DNA of 64,000 bases, taken from contig OU015569.1 in NCBI GenBank assembly GCA_907165135.1, forward strand, positions 3,658,001-3,722,000, written 5' to 3'. A model generated the notes under the pieces. The model was not told the DNA's origin. It saw only the letters and a program-made list of their open reading frames with translations, and did no database searches. The stretch comes from Oikopleura dioica. Its lineage: Eukaryota > Animalia > Chordata. A program made the position numbers and the translations under genes. Numbering within the stretch: the stretch's first letter is position 1; the number at the start of each line of letters is the position of its first letter. Positions 42,341 to 54,603 of the stretch are shown here, one piece after another.

Positions 42341-43241
42341 ACCGAAAATAAATTCAGAAATCTGAAAAAAGATATATGAACGTAAAAATTTCATTTTCTG
42401 CGAGCCTCCCCGTAATTAAATTGGAAAAAAAAAATTTCTTTGAGAAACATCGCCGGCAAATAATATCATCTCGGCTCTGATACCAAAACATTGGAATGAT
42501 TTTCAAATAATATTGTAGAGTGCTCAAAATGAGCTGTGATCTGATTCCATTAGGGAGAGCTCACTTAGACGAGTTTACGTTAAAATCAAACAGGGCAAGA
42601 ATTTTTCACGTTTTCGCTTGGCTTTATTTAATTTAAGATTTGGCGATGTAGCTGATCAAAATATGCGTCTGAAATGAAACTAAAGTTTCTGTACCTGCGC
42701 ATACAAAACATCGAAAATTTCTGATATTAAATTTCACAACCAAATGGCGACGTTTGAATTTGTGGGTCTATGTCCGATGCTAGCATCGTAGTTGTCGAGA
42801 AGTTTTTAGACCTTGAATCATTGGTTCCGAAAGAAGTTCTTGATTATTTTCTATCCTCGGACGTTCGTGCGGCCAACGTTTGTCAAAACAGTTTCAAAAA
42901 TTTTTAGTTTCCGAAAACAAACTGCTGCGGAAAAAACGGTTCGCTCTACGGGCTAAAACATATTAAAACGTCAAATAAAATATTCTGTTGGCGGCATTTC
43001 GGGGATATTATGGAAACATGCTAATGCACCAAGTTGGTGCCAACAACAATTGGAGATTGCTCCTCATCATTTTGGACTGGACAAGGTACTTAGTATCACT
43101 AATTTGATCCCCGATCGTGTCATATTTGATTATTTCTGTCCATTTATTATCTTTTTCATTGCTCGAAGGTCCAAAAAATATTTCTTCATACACGTGGAGT
43201 TTCTCTTTCAGAAGATAAAAATGAATCTACAGTGAATCTCT

Positions 43242-43638
43242 TCAGGGGTTGTTCGAATTCGGAATTTCCTTCGCCATGCACTGCGAAATTATGATCTCAT
43301 CTTCTTCGTCCAAGTCGGAAAGATCGTCGTCAGTCTTTGTGGTGGGAAGCTGACCGTAAGCGCCCGATTGCGAGCAGTTTCGATGGAAATGCACACTAAA
43401 GGAAATTTAAAACAACCATGCATACTTTTCTGTGTCACCTGGTGTTTGTCTCCACTAACGCGTCCAGATCGTCCGGTCTATCCTGTCGCCAGAAATAGAT
43501 TTTTCCGAGTATTTTCTCCCGAAAGTGGAAGAGTGCGGCTAAGAAAGAAACGATCACAAGGGCGACGAAAAACTTCTTGTAGCTTCCATAAGACAAGTCA
43601 TCATTTATGTCCTCTGTGATGACTTCGTTGCTATCCAT
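43242..43638 (-). CDS. Small single-pass membrane protein with a YxxL motif and acidic tail
   Basis: Two exons: MDSNEV...FFVALVIVSFLAALFHF...TNT|SVHFHRNCSQSGAYGQLPTTKTDDDLSDLDEEDEIII...*. Confidence 0.55.
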
Positions 43639-44560
43639 TTAAAACCTCAAAAATTTTCTGCGTTGGCTGGACAAAAAGAAAGAGAGAGGGATTTTATACA
43701 CTGAAAGAAAAGTAAACAAAATGAAGGCGGAGGGATGAGGGAGGGATATCACACCACCCTGAAAATATATGCGAAAGGTTAAGACAATGAAGGCACCTTA
43801 GTGATTATAAATTAGATTAATGAAATTTTTTCTAAATAAGAACTTTTTTTCGTGCAAGTGAATGTCAAATGAGGATTTTGTCAGATGACTGCAATCGAGT
43901 GAATCGTCTATCTTTTATGTTTCTGCAAAACGCAAAGTCAGCTTTGTTAGTTTCAGCGCTCAATATATGCTTGTTTTGTACTTATTTATGCATCTTTGTT
44001 GACAGGCCGAAATCCAGGAAATCAGCTGTTCAAGAATAATTTTAAATAGGGAAGTTCCTACTTATCATCAGGCGACAATTAAGGAGCTAAAGGCCACTAG
44101 GAACAAATATAATTGAGTTTTGAATAAAGCACGAAAAAGAGGCACGTAATACTAGATTTAATATTTGACAAAGTGTAGTTGTTCAAACAAATCAAAAACC
44201 ATTCCCAATTTTCCGATTGATACTTTTAAAGCATATTTACATCTTAAACAATTAATTTTATTTGTTAGATTTTGAATACAAAACCTAGTTTAAATCTGGT
44301 GAAACGGAATGCGCAGTCTTGCTAATAATATTTTACAGCAGTAAATCTATTCCAAGAGCGACAAAATATGCGACAGGGCCAATATTTGCGCTCTTTTGCC
44401 ATTTCAAATAAAAATGAATAAGAGTCTCGCGTCGTCCTTGCCAAGCTCAAGCTCAAAAGAGCATCACCTCCACCACTAGTAGTATTTTTAACTCGTTGAA
44501 TTTTCAGAGATTGAGTTTTAACGTAATTGACAACAGAACGCTAGAAGACTGCGGTAAACT

Positions 44561-46039
44561 ATGGCTGGCTGGCACGTGGTCGAGAGTTATCTCGAGCAAA
44601 CAGGAAAACACTCGACACTCGTCGGGAAGTACTGGATCTCAACCTTTTTAGCTCTGAGGTGAGTTTCATTAAGGAGGTCAGATTGAATTGACTTATTAGA
44701 CTCCTGCTGCTCTGTTCAATCGTTGACGATGCTTTTGGTGATACTGATTTGGAATGCGATACTAAAACGCCCGGTTGCGAACGAATGTGCATCAACCATT
44801 TTTATCCACTGAAACCACAGTCCTACTGGAGCATCCAAATGCTTTTCATCTCCCTCCCAATCATGATCTTCATGGTTTATACAAGGTAAGTTGTCAAGTA
44901 TAACCTTTTCAGTAGCTCTGACATTCAGCCATAAACAAGAAAAGATTGCGATTGCGCGACAGCTGAAACGGGCGCACATCAACAAAGAAAAAGAAGAGAT
45001 CGAGAAGCAATTCACGGAAAAGATCAAACAGCTTGAAGACGATCGAGAAACTCTGCAGAAGAAGCGCGATGTTGCTGATCAGGAAAGAGACAAATTGATT
45101 AGTGATAAAGCGTGGTGTTCGTTAGGACAATGTTTTCAATAGAAATGTGCTGCTTTCCATAAGCACGATTAAATTAAATTAAGCTCAAAGTAGCGGTTCG
45201 AAGATCTTTTGACTCTAATAATAGCTTTACGAAACTCCGCAAGGAAAACGAATGACTGGTGCTGAGTTAGAACGACTCTTCACTGAAGAAGAAAATAGAC
45301 TCAACGAGCTCCAGAAGCAAGCGGTCGAAAACTTGACGAAGGCTGAAAAGAAGGAAGAAGACACCGATGACTGCGCAACAAAATCATCCGGCAGCGATAA
45401 CTCGACTCCACCAAAGCTCTTCCTCGGCTATGTTTCAATGGTACGCTTTGATTAGTGACTAAACAGACATTGGCGTCGGGTGAATTACGCGCGCGTGACA
45501 GCCACAGAACTACTCTGCAAATACAAGCCACTCGAACAAAGATCTCAATAAGCCGAGCTGGGTCTCGATTAACTTCCATCTTTGAACAATGCCGCTAGAA
45601 TTCTAATCTTAACTATGTATTCAGGTATTCTTCCGAACTCTCATCGAAGCTCTTTTCCTCGCCTACTACTTCCAAATCTACGCCTGGAAAATGGTGATGC
45701 CCGAGACATACCAATGCGACCGAGAACCATGCAACGATGTAGTCACCTGCTACGTCGAGCGGCCTCACCAAAAAACCATTGTCATTTGGATTATGTTCAT
45801 GACCGGTTGCTGCACCGTTTTTGTTGGCATTCTTGAGCTCTTTAGCTGTGGATTCTCGAAAATCGCTGATGCATGGAACAACAGACATGATGATATTACA
45901 AAAGTAACTCGACCACCCTATATGATTATTGTAATGCGTATTTCAGGAGTACAAAGTCGGCCAAATGAGCAACGTCAAGATGGCTCTGCAATACCAGGCA
46001 GCAATTGGAGGCCCAGTACCATCTCTTCAGACAAGCTAA
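44561..46039 (+). CDS. Connexin (gap-junction protein) with an intron-split CDS
   Basis: MAGWHVVESYLEQTGKHSTLVGKYW; E1 CDTKTPGCERMC; YWSIQMLFISLP; E2 YQCDREPCNDVVTCYVERPHQKT. All six extracellular Cys are present. Confidence 0.93.
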
Positions 46040-46252
46040 GAGCACCCTCCCACTACTTCTTCCCAGTCTCTGGATGACCCTTACTTCTACTTAGACATTT
46101 ATTGAATGCGAATTTATTAAAGATGAAATAAACTTTTTACACGAGTTCATTCACCTTTTTTGTTAGTTATAAAAATATATCTTTATTCAAAAAGTAAGTT
46201 GACAATATATCTTCAAACAGGATTATAGGACGCGGCGTGAAACATCTAAACT

Positions 46253-46534
46253 TTACATGCCAACAGGTTTTTCTTTGGAACGTTCGTCTTGAGAGTTCAT
46301 GAATTTTTGAAACTCAGCGAGCTCTCTATCTCTGGCAATAGCGTTGAGGGCATAAATGGCTTCTCTTAAAGTTTTTAAGTTTTATAAAACTGTGATCAAC
46401 AACATACAGGTATATGAATGAGCAAGAGGCATTTACCTTTGTTTTTCGTAAAGCTTCTGTTTGTCAGGGTCTATGAATACTTTTCCTGACACTGTTGAAG
46501 AATAAGTTTCTTTCGATGTTGATCGTCTGTTCAT
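46253..46534 (-). CDS. SVBP: Small vasohibin-binding protein (69 aa, 2 exons; absent from the ORF track)
   Basis: Exons 46437-46534 and 46253-46364 give MNRRSTSKETYSSTVSGKVFIDPDKQKLYEKQREAIYALNAIARDRELAEFQKFMNSQDERSKEKPVGM. This matches the SVBP core QR-x-x-IYALN-x-V/I-x4-E-x3-F-x2-F (human [24 protein letters not shown], recalled from memory). Confidence 0.75.
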
Positions 46535-46742
46535 TCTAAGGCAAAAGGATGCGACATGAATATAGAATAAGGCAATTATTAAATATTAGAAAGAAACTGT
46601 TTTACAGTTATCTTAGGTCATGACATGGCTTGAAGTACCAAGGAAGAAAATCAACAGAAAAGAATTTGTTTGTGGAATCAGAGGTAAAATTGTTAAGAAA
46701 TTGCGAGTAATGAAGCGGATGAAGCAGAAGTTTCAGAAGTAT

Positions 46743-48258
46743 TCAGTTTGACTCGATCTTGACAGCGAAGAAAGCGGCAAGGAAAAATATGGCTGAAATG
46801 AACTGGAAACCAGGAATCATGATGAGCAAAGAATAGTGGTATGAGAAAAACGTATTCAATACGACGATTAGCGATGGAAGGTTGCCACAGACTAATCTCA
46901 AAGTGAACAATGTGTACCCGATCGCCTTTAAATTTAGTCAGCATTAAATGAACCATTATTGAGACTGACCTGGCCTTGAATCGACGACTCAAAGAGAGAG
47001 GAAAAGGCAATAAGAAAGACGCCGAACCACATTTCCAGACAGAAATAGGCAACATAGAGAAGGATGAAGCAATAAGGAGGCTCTATGGATAGAACAATCG
47101 CCATGAGAGGAGCGCCGAGAAACTGACTGATGAATAAAATGAAGAGCGCCCCCTTTGGCCCAGTGAATGTCTTATTCTTGTTAATCCAGTCTGTCAACAA
47201 GCCACCAAAAAAGAACCCGCAACACCGGCAAGAATGGGGTTCCAGAAAAGATATTTTTCCGAGTTTTCAAAGTTCTAAATCTCATGTTAATAGATTTTTA
47301 TCTAGCTAATAGATACCTTGTAATCTGCGAAATATTTCACTTGATTGATTCCAAGTGTAAAGCCCGCCGTGTGTCTAAAGATTGCGCCGACAAAAATAAG
47401 AATTGTTGCTGGTTTTAGTAAGACTTGCAATATTTGTGAGAGATTCTCTTTCCAATCACTATCTTCGGCATTAGTTTCAGCCTCGTTTAAGTTTGACTTT
47501 TCCTCCTCCTTGATTATTGAAGTATTTTCCTTTTCTTGATTTATGACAATAAATTTGGACATGATCAACAGAGCGACAGCACTCGTGGCGCAGCAAATAC
47601 CAATAATGTAATAACTCCAGCGGAAAGAGTCCTTGGTCAAAAGAGCTAGCAGAATTGTGATTGCATACGCCAAATACATTGCCCAGTTAAAGATACCCAT
47701 CGCCTTTGAAGTGTTTTTGACAAATATGTACTTTATGATAACCATCGAGATTGGCTGTGTGCATCCCTCAAAAAGACCTCCTAGGACGCGAATAGCAGCC
47801 AGAACAGGGAATGATTTCGCCATTGGAAACAGAAATTGAGAAAGCGATAATACGGCCATGGCAGAAGCAAGCCAAAAGAGCCGAAATCGCGAGTCGGCAG
47901 CATAGCCAGATAACACTGTAGATATAGATATTGGAACAATGTAAAGAACTGTGAAGATCATCTGCATTGGCTCCTCATTTTCAAATGAACACTCGCATTC
48001 CGGAGCTTCACAAACAGTTCCGTTTTGAACCAGATTACCATCGTTGTCCAGTTGACAACTATATATATTTTATTTTTTGATTCCAAATCTACAATCGAAA
48101 GCAAGTAACAAAGAGACAACGTACTTGTAACCGCCTGTGCCAGTTGCAGCCGCTAGCCTCGCAGAATTCATCATAGGTTGCCAGACTGTCATTTGTGAAC
48201 ATAAGAAGGTAAAAGTCAAAATACCAAGCGTCAGTCCTTTTACCCCCTTGCTCGCCAT
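46743..48258 (-). CDS. Major facilitator superfamily transporter (spinster-like)
   Basis: About 12 hydrophobic segments; motif-A-like GYAADSRFR, IRVLGGLFEGCTQP, GIFNWAMY and GSFFGGLLTDW. Confidence 0.8.
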
Positions 48259-48338
48259 TCTGAAAATCGCAAATTTGTTAGTTTTTAGTCTTCTTTTCTA
48301 TAAAAAGGATAATATTATACAGATTTAAATAATAAAAT

Positions 48339-49109
48339 TTAGCCTCGCTTATTTCTGCGAGAAGCTCTCTTTCGTTTATTCAAAAGATCATTAATCTCTT
48401 TTTGCTTTGCGATCGAGGAATCTAGGTTTTCGTAATCGATTCCAGATGCGAATCGAGTAAGGTAGTCATAGTCATCCTCGGTCACGTTATGCTGATCATG
48501 GGTGCGATTCGGTAATAGATATTTGTTGATAGAATCCTTATATTTTCATCTAAACGAAATACGGTCATCAGAATAAAAAAAAATTGCTGAATCGAGAACC
48601 CTGCCTGATCCCACAAAAGACGGCGCCCATTTACGATGAAGCTCGTAAGTGCCTCTGGGTTATCAGGAAAAGCAACTTCTTTCGTCTATTGAGATTATAT
48701 ATAGAACGAACGAATGGAAATTCCCCTAGGGAATAAAAATATAGACGTACCGTGAAGGTAGTCTTCCTTGTTGTCCAAAGAGATGGTGACAGTGTTAAAA
48801 CTTCGTATTTCTCGTCTTCTTCAAACTGGTTGTAAACTTTCATTTGAAAAATGTATCGTTTTGCTGTGTGGTAAAAAATGACGGGAATTATAAATTGAAC
48901 GGCGGTTAAAGTGAGTACTGAATACTTATTTCATCATATGGTTTCATAGTACGAAGGCTAAAGCGCACCTTTACGAGAGGAGCTAGGGCCATGATTTTGG
49001 TCCATTTGATGGCGATGGTAGCGCCGAGAGCGGGTGGCACGACAGAGAGACTCTTTGAAATCGTCTTCACCCGCTGGGCAGCTGCGCCAACATAAACGAT
49101 TCTCGACAT
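48339..49109 (-). CDS. TMEM70: TMEM70-like mitochondrial ATP synthase assembly factor (3' end approximate)
   Basis: VYVG...RVKTISKSLS, two hydrophobic segments, IPVIFYHTAKRYIFQM and VAFPDNPEALTSFIVNGRRL follow the TMEM70 motif order (YTG..K.FS, TP.LLH..K.YV, DV..P...FTTF). Confidence 0.65.
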
Positions 49110-49161
49110 CCTGAATTTGTTAATAAGTAGAAAATCACAGCTTGCATACTGATCAAACAAT

Positions 49162-49936
49162 TTACTTCAACGCAGTTCTTATGGTATAGAAGGTGATAAA
49201 TGCGGTAAGGGACCACCATTGAATACAGTAAATTAAGTGATTATTAGAGAATGATAATTTTGTTTGACCACCAATCGGTCCTCCGGGCAAAGTTGATTCG
49301 CGATCCAGGTCAATAAAAATCTCCTCCGTATCGAGATCCTTTGACATGTTTGTAACATCGCGTACTAGATAGTCTATAATTTAGTCACTTGCGAATAAAC
49401 ACGGGTAATCAACCTTTGTAAGTTCCGTCGTCGCGTGGTTTTTGACCATGAAGTTTAATCACGTCATCGTCAAGTCTGATAATTCCTCCGATGGAATGTG
49501 TGTCGCTCGACTGTCCCTTGTCGCGAAATGATCTTTCAACACGATCTAGCGACACGAATCCTCTGTTGACAAGGATTCTGCGTCCGTCTTCAGTCACAAA
49601 AGGAGAAATGACATGAGCCCCAGTTCGCATGGAAACGTTAATCTTGGAGAAATCCTCATCTTTGGCGGGAATAAACGTTCGAGGATGAATGATGCACTCT
49701 GGTGATTCGCTATCATATTTGCCCGATAGTCGTATTCGTCGAAACTCGTACTCTTCGCGTTTTGCCGCAAAGTCGGAAGGAATGCCGTCAAGAGGTTCCA
49801 TCAAGGGCCTCTCTTCTGATCTCTTGATAATTCCCTCTTTCCAATCACGCCTGTTATACTGCCAGTGACCGAGTTTCGCTGTCAACGGAATGCCAAAAAT
49901 TCCGGGCCAATACTTTATCAAGAGTTTTAAGCCCAT
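49162..49936 (-). CDS. SURF1: Surfeit locus protein 1 (cytochrome c oxidase assembly factor)
   Basis: LGHWQYNRRDWK, EYEFRRIRLSGKY, GAHVISPF, ILVNRGFV and PGGPIGGQTKLSFSNNHLIYCIQWWSL. Confidence 0.92.
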
Positions 49937-50072
49937 CTTTTTCTAAATCAAAAGACTCGATGAATGTTTAAAAATAATAAAAATGATCTTTATAGTATAA
50001 AAATAAAATGTCAGAGTCGGACAAAGATGAAGTGGAAAGAGTTCGCTTGAAGTAAAAAAGTGGCATGTAAGT

Positions 50073-52522
50073 TCAACTATGGCTTTTCTCGTTGTTTTCA
50101 TCGGTGCCCAAATCTTGTTGTGAAGCTTGGGCCAGTTCGCAGAGTTTCTCGGGCGTCTAATTAAGTGTTAGAAAAAAGTTTTTTTTTGTCAAATAATCAG
50201 ATCCGGAGGACTTCGGAAATGATTGAATGGGTGAGTCCTATAATAAGCTTATTATAGGGAAATTACCATTATGGAACTGAAGATTGAAGGTATGAACTGG
50301 AGGCTAAAACGAGCTACTTTACAATCTATTCTACGAGTAAAAATTTGGCACCTTTATGCGGGGCAGTACGCTTGGCTTTTTTTCAATACTTCTCGCTTTG
50401 AAACTGCGCGTATGCTTACTCGATGATGAAGGATTAACAAATCGGTCGCTGCATGTTCTTGAGGCTATAGGCCGCGACAATCGCCCAGGTGGTACTTCCT
50501 TTACTGGTGGAGTGCGGACAACTTTGGTTCCGGAAGCCACAGGTAGGCTTCGTTCGAACCGTTTTGGCTTCTCATATTGCGATAGACGGTCGAGACTTAG
50601 TCCAGACGAGACATTTTTGGAGGTGATTTTCCTTCTTTGACTTGGATTCGATCGTTGAATTTCCACCTGTCGTGAGATTTGACCTCGAAGAGATTTCACT
50701 TGCTGTGGGGCAACGCGCGGAATAGGATTCACAGTGAAAACATCTAAGAAAAGATATAGTTACGAATTAAAGCATACGAACTACCTAACACCCCACAGAG
50801 AAGACCACGGCCGACTTCTGCATAGTGATCTGGTGTATACTTGACCAGAGGTGCGGGAGGAATTGGCGGTGTTAATGCGCCGTCTCGGGAAGAAATCGCA
50901 TTCTGGTATCGTCCAGTGTTGTAGTTGCACTCAAGCGTGTAGATATGAGGCGATCCCGTCAAGTAGTAAAATGCAACGCGACAGGATCCCTCTTTACTCA
51001 GCTGATCTCGCTTATCCTTCATATTCATATTTCGCTGGCTAGAAAATTAAATAAACAAATTGAAAATTGGAGGTGGCAAACCTAAAACAACAAGCATCAA
51101 AGTCCATGTGAGCGGAATTCGCCGCCGTAAGTCTAGCATAGCATAGTGTTTCGGCATGATAATCTGCTAATTTTAGACGATTTCCGAAAAGGAAGGCGCC
51201 CCTCTTCGCGGCATGAGCATGAAGATCAATCAAAAATCCAACTCCAGATTCTTTGTCTTCAACGAGAGAATCGTAGTCCTGTGCCGTTGAGTCGATATCG
51301 TTTGGGATATCTTTTCCGTCAAGACGGTAATTCCGGTGCAAATAATAGATAAGTTGACGATAGGCAAAACACTGCGGCTGTAGTGATACGTCAGGATTCA
51401 AATAAAAACGGTTGAGATTTTGGCCACGTGCGTCAGTTCTATAATGACCACGAACCACTCCATCAGGATTGAGAATAGGGATGATCTTGAAGACGTAACG
51501 GCTTCTTAATGTTGCTGAACGCTTATCGTCTGTCCGCAAAATGAAATCGACCATTCCTCGCAAAACATGAGAGGCGGGCGTTTCTCCTGGGTGCACACGA
51601 GCGGAAATCATGAATGCTTTTTGTCCTTAAATTTTTTTGCAGGTCGATTTTTTCTTGTTGTTGAAAGACCACTTTTGTTTTCTTCCGCATCGTTGTTATT
51701 CTCTTCATCTGCTCTTTCTGGGAACGGTGGTGGTAGGTTATGCGCAAAGTTTGGCTCCACTTCATCAGTAATACCCTCTGCTGAGCTTATCGTTAAAAGC
51801 TCTACTGGACGGCCGTCGATCGACCTGCAGAGGATTTCCCTGTGAAAGTAGATGTCTGAGGAAGAGTGCTCTTCCGGAAAGCGATGCTTCTTTTCTAATT
51901 TGTCAATCCATTTTGTGGTATCTTCGACCGAACATGGGTATGAAAAACTAATGCAATAGTTAACTATTGATGTGGCACAGAACAAAGCAACCTGAAATAA
52001 ACATCTTCTGCTGTAGTAAAAGTGTGCCAAAATGACATGAGAAAGACGCCATCGCTCGTGTGGGAGAAGACAGAGCAAACCCTATTCCATCGCTCTGGTT
52101 CTAGCATGATATTCGGCATTTCGGTCCCTTGTTGATGCACCATGAAAACAGGCGCCATTCCTTGGTTGTAAAGCTTTTGGTGACGATTCAAGTTCATCAT
52201 GTTGAATCGTACAGTTTTTCCATGGGCGCCAGTAACACGAAAATGGAACCAAGATTTATTACCATTTTCGAACTCTGTGCCAGCCATATCTGGCGCCACG
52301 ACGCAACGAAATTCGAGATCGACTTCTGGTCGGCGGCCTTGGCGGCGATCCACTGCATCCTCGTCCGACAGAGGATTATCTTAGCATTTTGATTAGAAAT
52401 TCTCTTCATTGTTTTCAAATTAATTTACCATTGAGCTCAATTGACTTCAGATTTCCGGAGTCAAAACATGAGCTAATCTCAACACCATCGATGAGCCAAT
52501 TTCCTTTGCCTGGGTAGCTCAT
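50073..52522 (-). CDS. AGBL5: Cytosolic carboxypeptidase 5 (tubulin deglutamylase); 3' end uncertain; apparent 1-nt homopolymer frameshift at 51618-51622
   Basis: FDSGNL, APDMAGTEFENGNKSWFHF, SARVHPGETPAS, LNPDGVVRGHYRTDARGQNLNR, IDLHAHAAKRGAFLFGN and YTLECNYNTG. Confidence 0.9.
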
Positions 52523-53155
52523 AAAACCGAGATCACTTGAAAGATCTATAAAATGCGCAGTTTATTAAAAACTATAAAACTGAATGTTTAAATTCACCTA
52601 ATAGTGGCGTACCGGGGGCATTGTAGAATTCGCGTAAATTGTCAAAAATTAAGCTCGCGAGAGGTTTATAAATCGACGTAACAAGAGCGAGAATGGGTCC
52701 GTAAATATAAATGAAAAATAATAACTTTGAAATAGAACTCTATTCGTGCCGATTTCGGACCCAACCAGATTGTGGTCGAGGACAAGGAGAGTCACTCCTG
52801 CTTTGAACTGACGAGGTTATTGTCGAATTCGTTGAGCGCGAAAAATATCGAGATGATGATCTCGATAGAGCTGAGAGATCGATACAAAATAAGAAATTTA
52901 TTAATTAAAATCCACTATGTAAATATTCGACCTTCTTATCTGAAAATACTCGAGGTGTCTTCGCTTCATTCTCTAGCGGGTTTTCCACTCTTGGCCTGTT
53001 AAATGCTCTAGCTGTTACTCGGTCAACCATTATTACGCGAAAAGGGCACGGGAGAAATGCACATGCGCAGGATAATCGGTGCGTTCATAATTAAAATCCT
53101 TCCTTTTCGAAGGAATACGTAAGAATTAATAGCTGGTTTGTGAAGAAGTTGTTTA

Positions 53156-54527
53156 TTAGAAGTTATGCCTGTAAATATCAGGAACAGGCTCGGGCGACCA
53201 TTCAGCTAAAATTTTTTCACAGAATTCCGAACGTCGCGCAGGGTGGTTAGGTGCATTTTTCTTAGGTCCTTCGCCGGGCTTCTTGTTCACATCGTAAACA
53301 CCACGGACAACTCGGAGCTTGATTCCAATCAAATCACGCTTCGGATGGAAGTATAGCAACACGCGGGAATGCTCGGTCACGTTGTGGTTTTCCATCGGAA
53401 TATATGCTAGAAATAAAATAAGTACATCGTGTTTTAATCGACAGTAGAACATGTCATATGATCTTGGAAATGATCCTGAGCGTCTGAAAAAGATTATACT
53501 TTGATAATAATCGGCGCGCTTTGCAAATTTTGACAGTTTTTGCGCGATCAGATAATTTAGGTATAAAAACGATCCCTAACGACAAAGTTACACCAGAGTA
53601 GAAAATACTAATCTGCAATGCTGAAGAGTTTGCGAAAATTTCTTTTCCCGCCTAATAACCCTGCCGTGGAAAATGAGGAGACACAGCCTGGAGGTAAGAC
53701 TGAACTGTAGCTAATAATTTAAGCAACGATAATTTAAGGGAATAATAACAGGAATCTACAGGCTGAGGTCGATTCTCTTAGATGGCAGTTGGACCAGATG
53801 AGGAGCAAAATCTCAGCACTTCAAGAAGGCCTAAACAAAAAGATCTTGGCTGAAGAAGCATACGAAGAGAAGATCGAGCTTCTTCAAAGAAAAAATGAGG
53901 AGCTCCGCTTTCGAAACGAGATGCTTCAAGATCGCCTCGAATAAACGGCCAATATTATCAAACCGTCATTTGTTGTTTTTGTTTTGTTCTAGCAGGAAAA
54001 GTTGAAATACCTAATCGATGCTGAGTCTTTTCATTGGGCTCGCCACCTAGCAGGCGAACTTTGCAGATCTTTCTGTTGCCCGAGTTCGGTTTCTTCGGTT
54101 TAATTGTGTAGACTTTCGTTACTATTCCCGTTCGAAACTCTTGATCATTCATTAGCTGTCGCTTTTTCCATTCACGCCTCTTAAAATTCATCGTACGTTA
54201 ATCAATTCTGATGCTCGAAGCGTACCCTCATCATTCGTCGTTCGCCCGTTTTTATCTGGTTCTTTTCTTCAATAAACTTTACTCTATAATGCAGCTCTTT
54301 TTCGTCGAAGCCGGTTCTAGGAAATATTCGCTGAAGATTACGAAGTGATCCAGATATTACTTTCTGTGTCGAGCGAGAAGAGTATCTGGAAGATAGATAC
54401 CATGCTTGGAGTACTTCAATTTCTTCCAAATTAGATGCTTCTCTACAGGCGGCGTTACTGTCAACTTGCGCATATTATTCGTTAAAGCTGTGAGCTGTCT
54501 GCATGCGCTCAACATCGATTTCGTCAT
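53156..54527 (-). CDS. MRPS12: Mitochondrial ribosomal protein uS12m, divergent, with N- and C-terminal extensions
   Basis: [26 protein letters not shown] joins across intron 53407-54010 to [18 protein letters not shown]...[16 protein letters not shown]. Confidence 0.88.
53618..53944 (+). CDS. Nested antisense 93-aa coiled-coil protein inside an MRPS12 intron
   Basis: Exons 53618-53693 and 53739-53944 with a 45-nt GT-AG intron give [25 protein letters not shown]...[62 protein letters not shown]. Confidence 0.7.
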
Positions 54528-54603
54528 TTCAGCCTGAACGCTAAGTTTAAATTTTCAAGATGAAATGGAACGCATTTATTTAATAGAAAACGGACATATT
54601 GTT

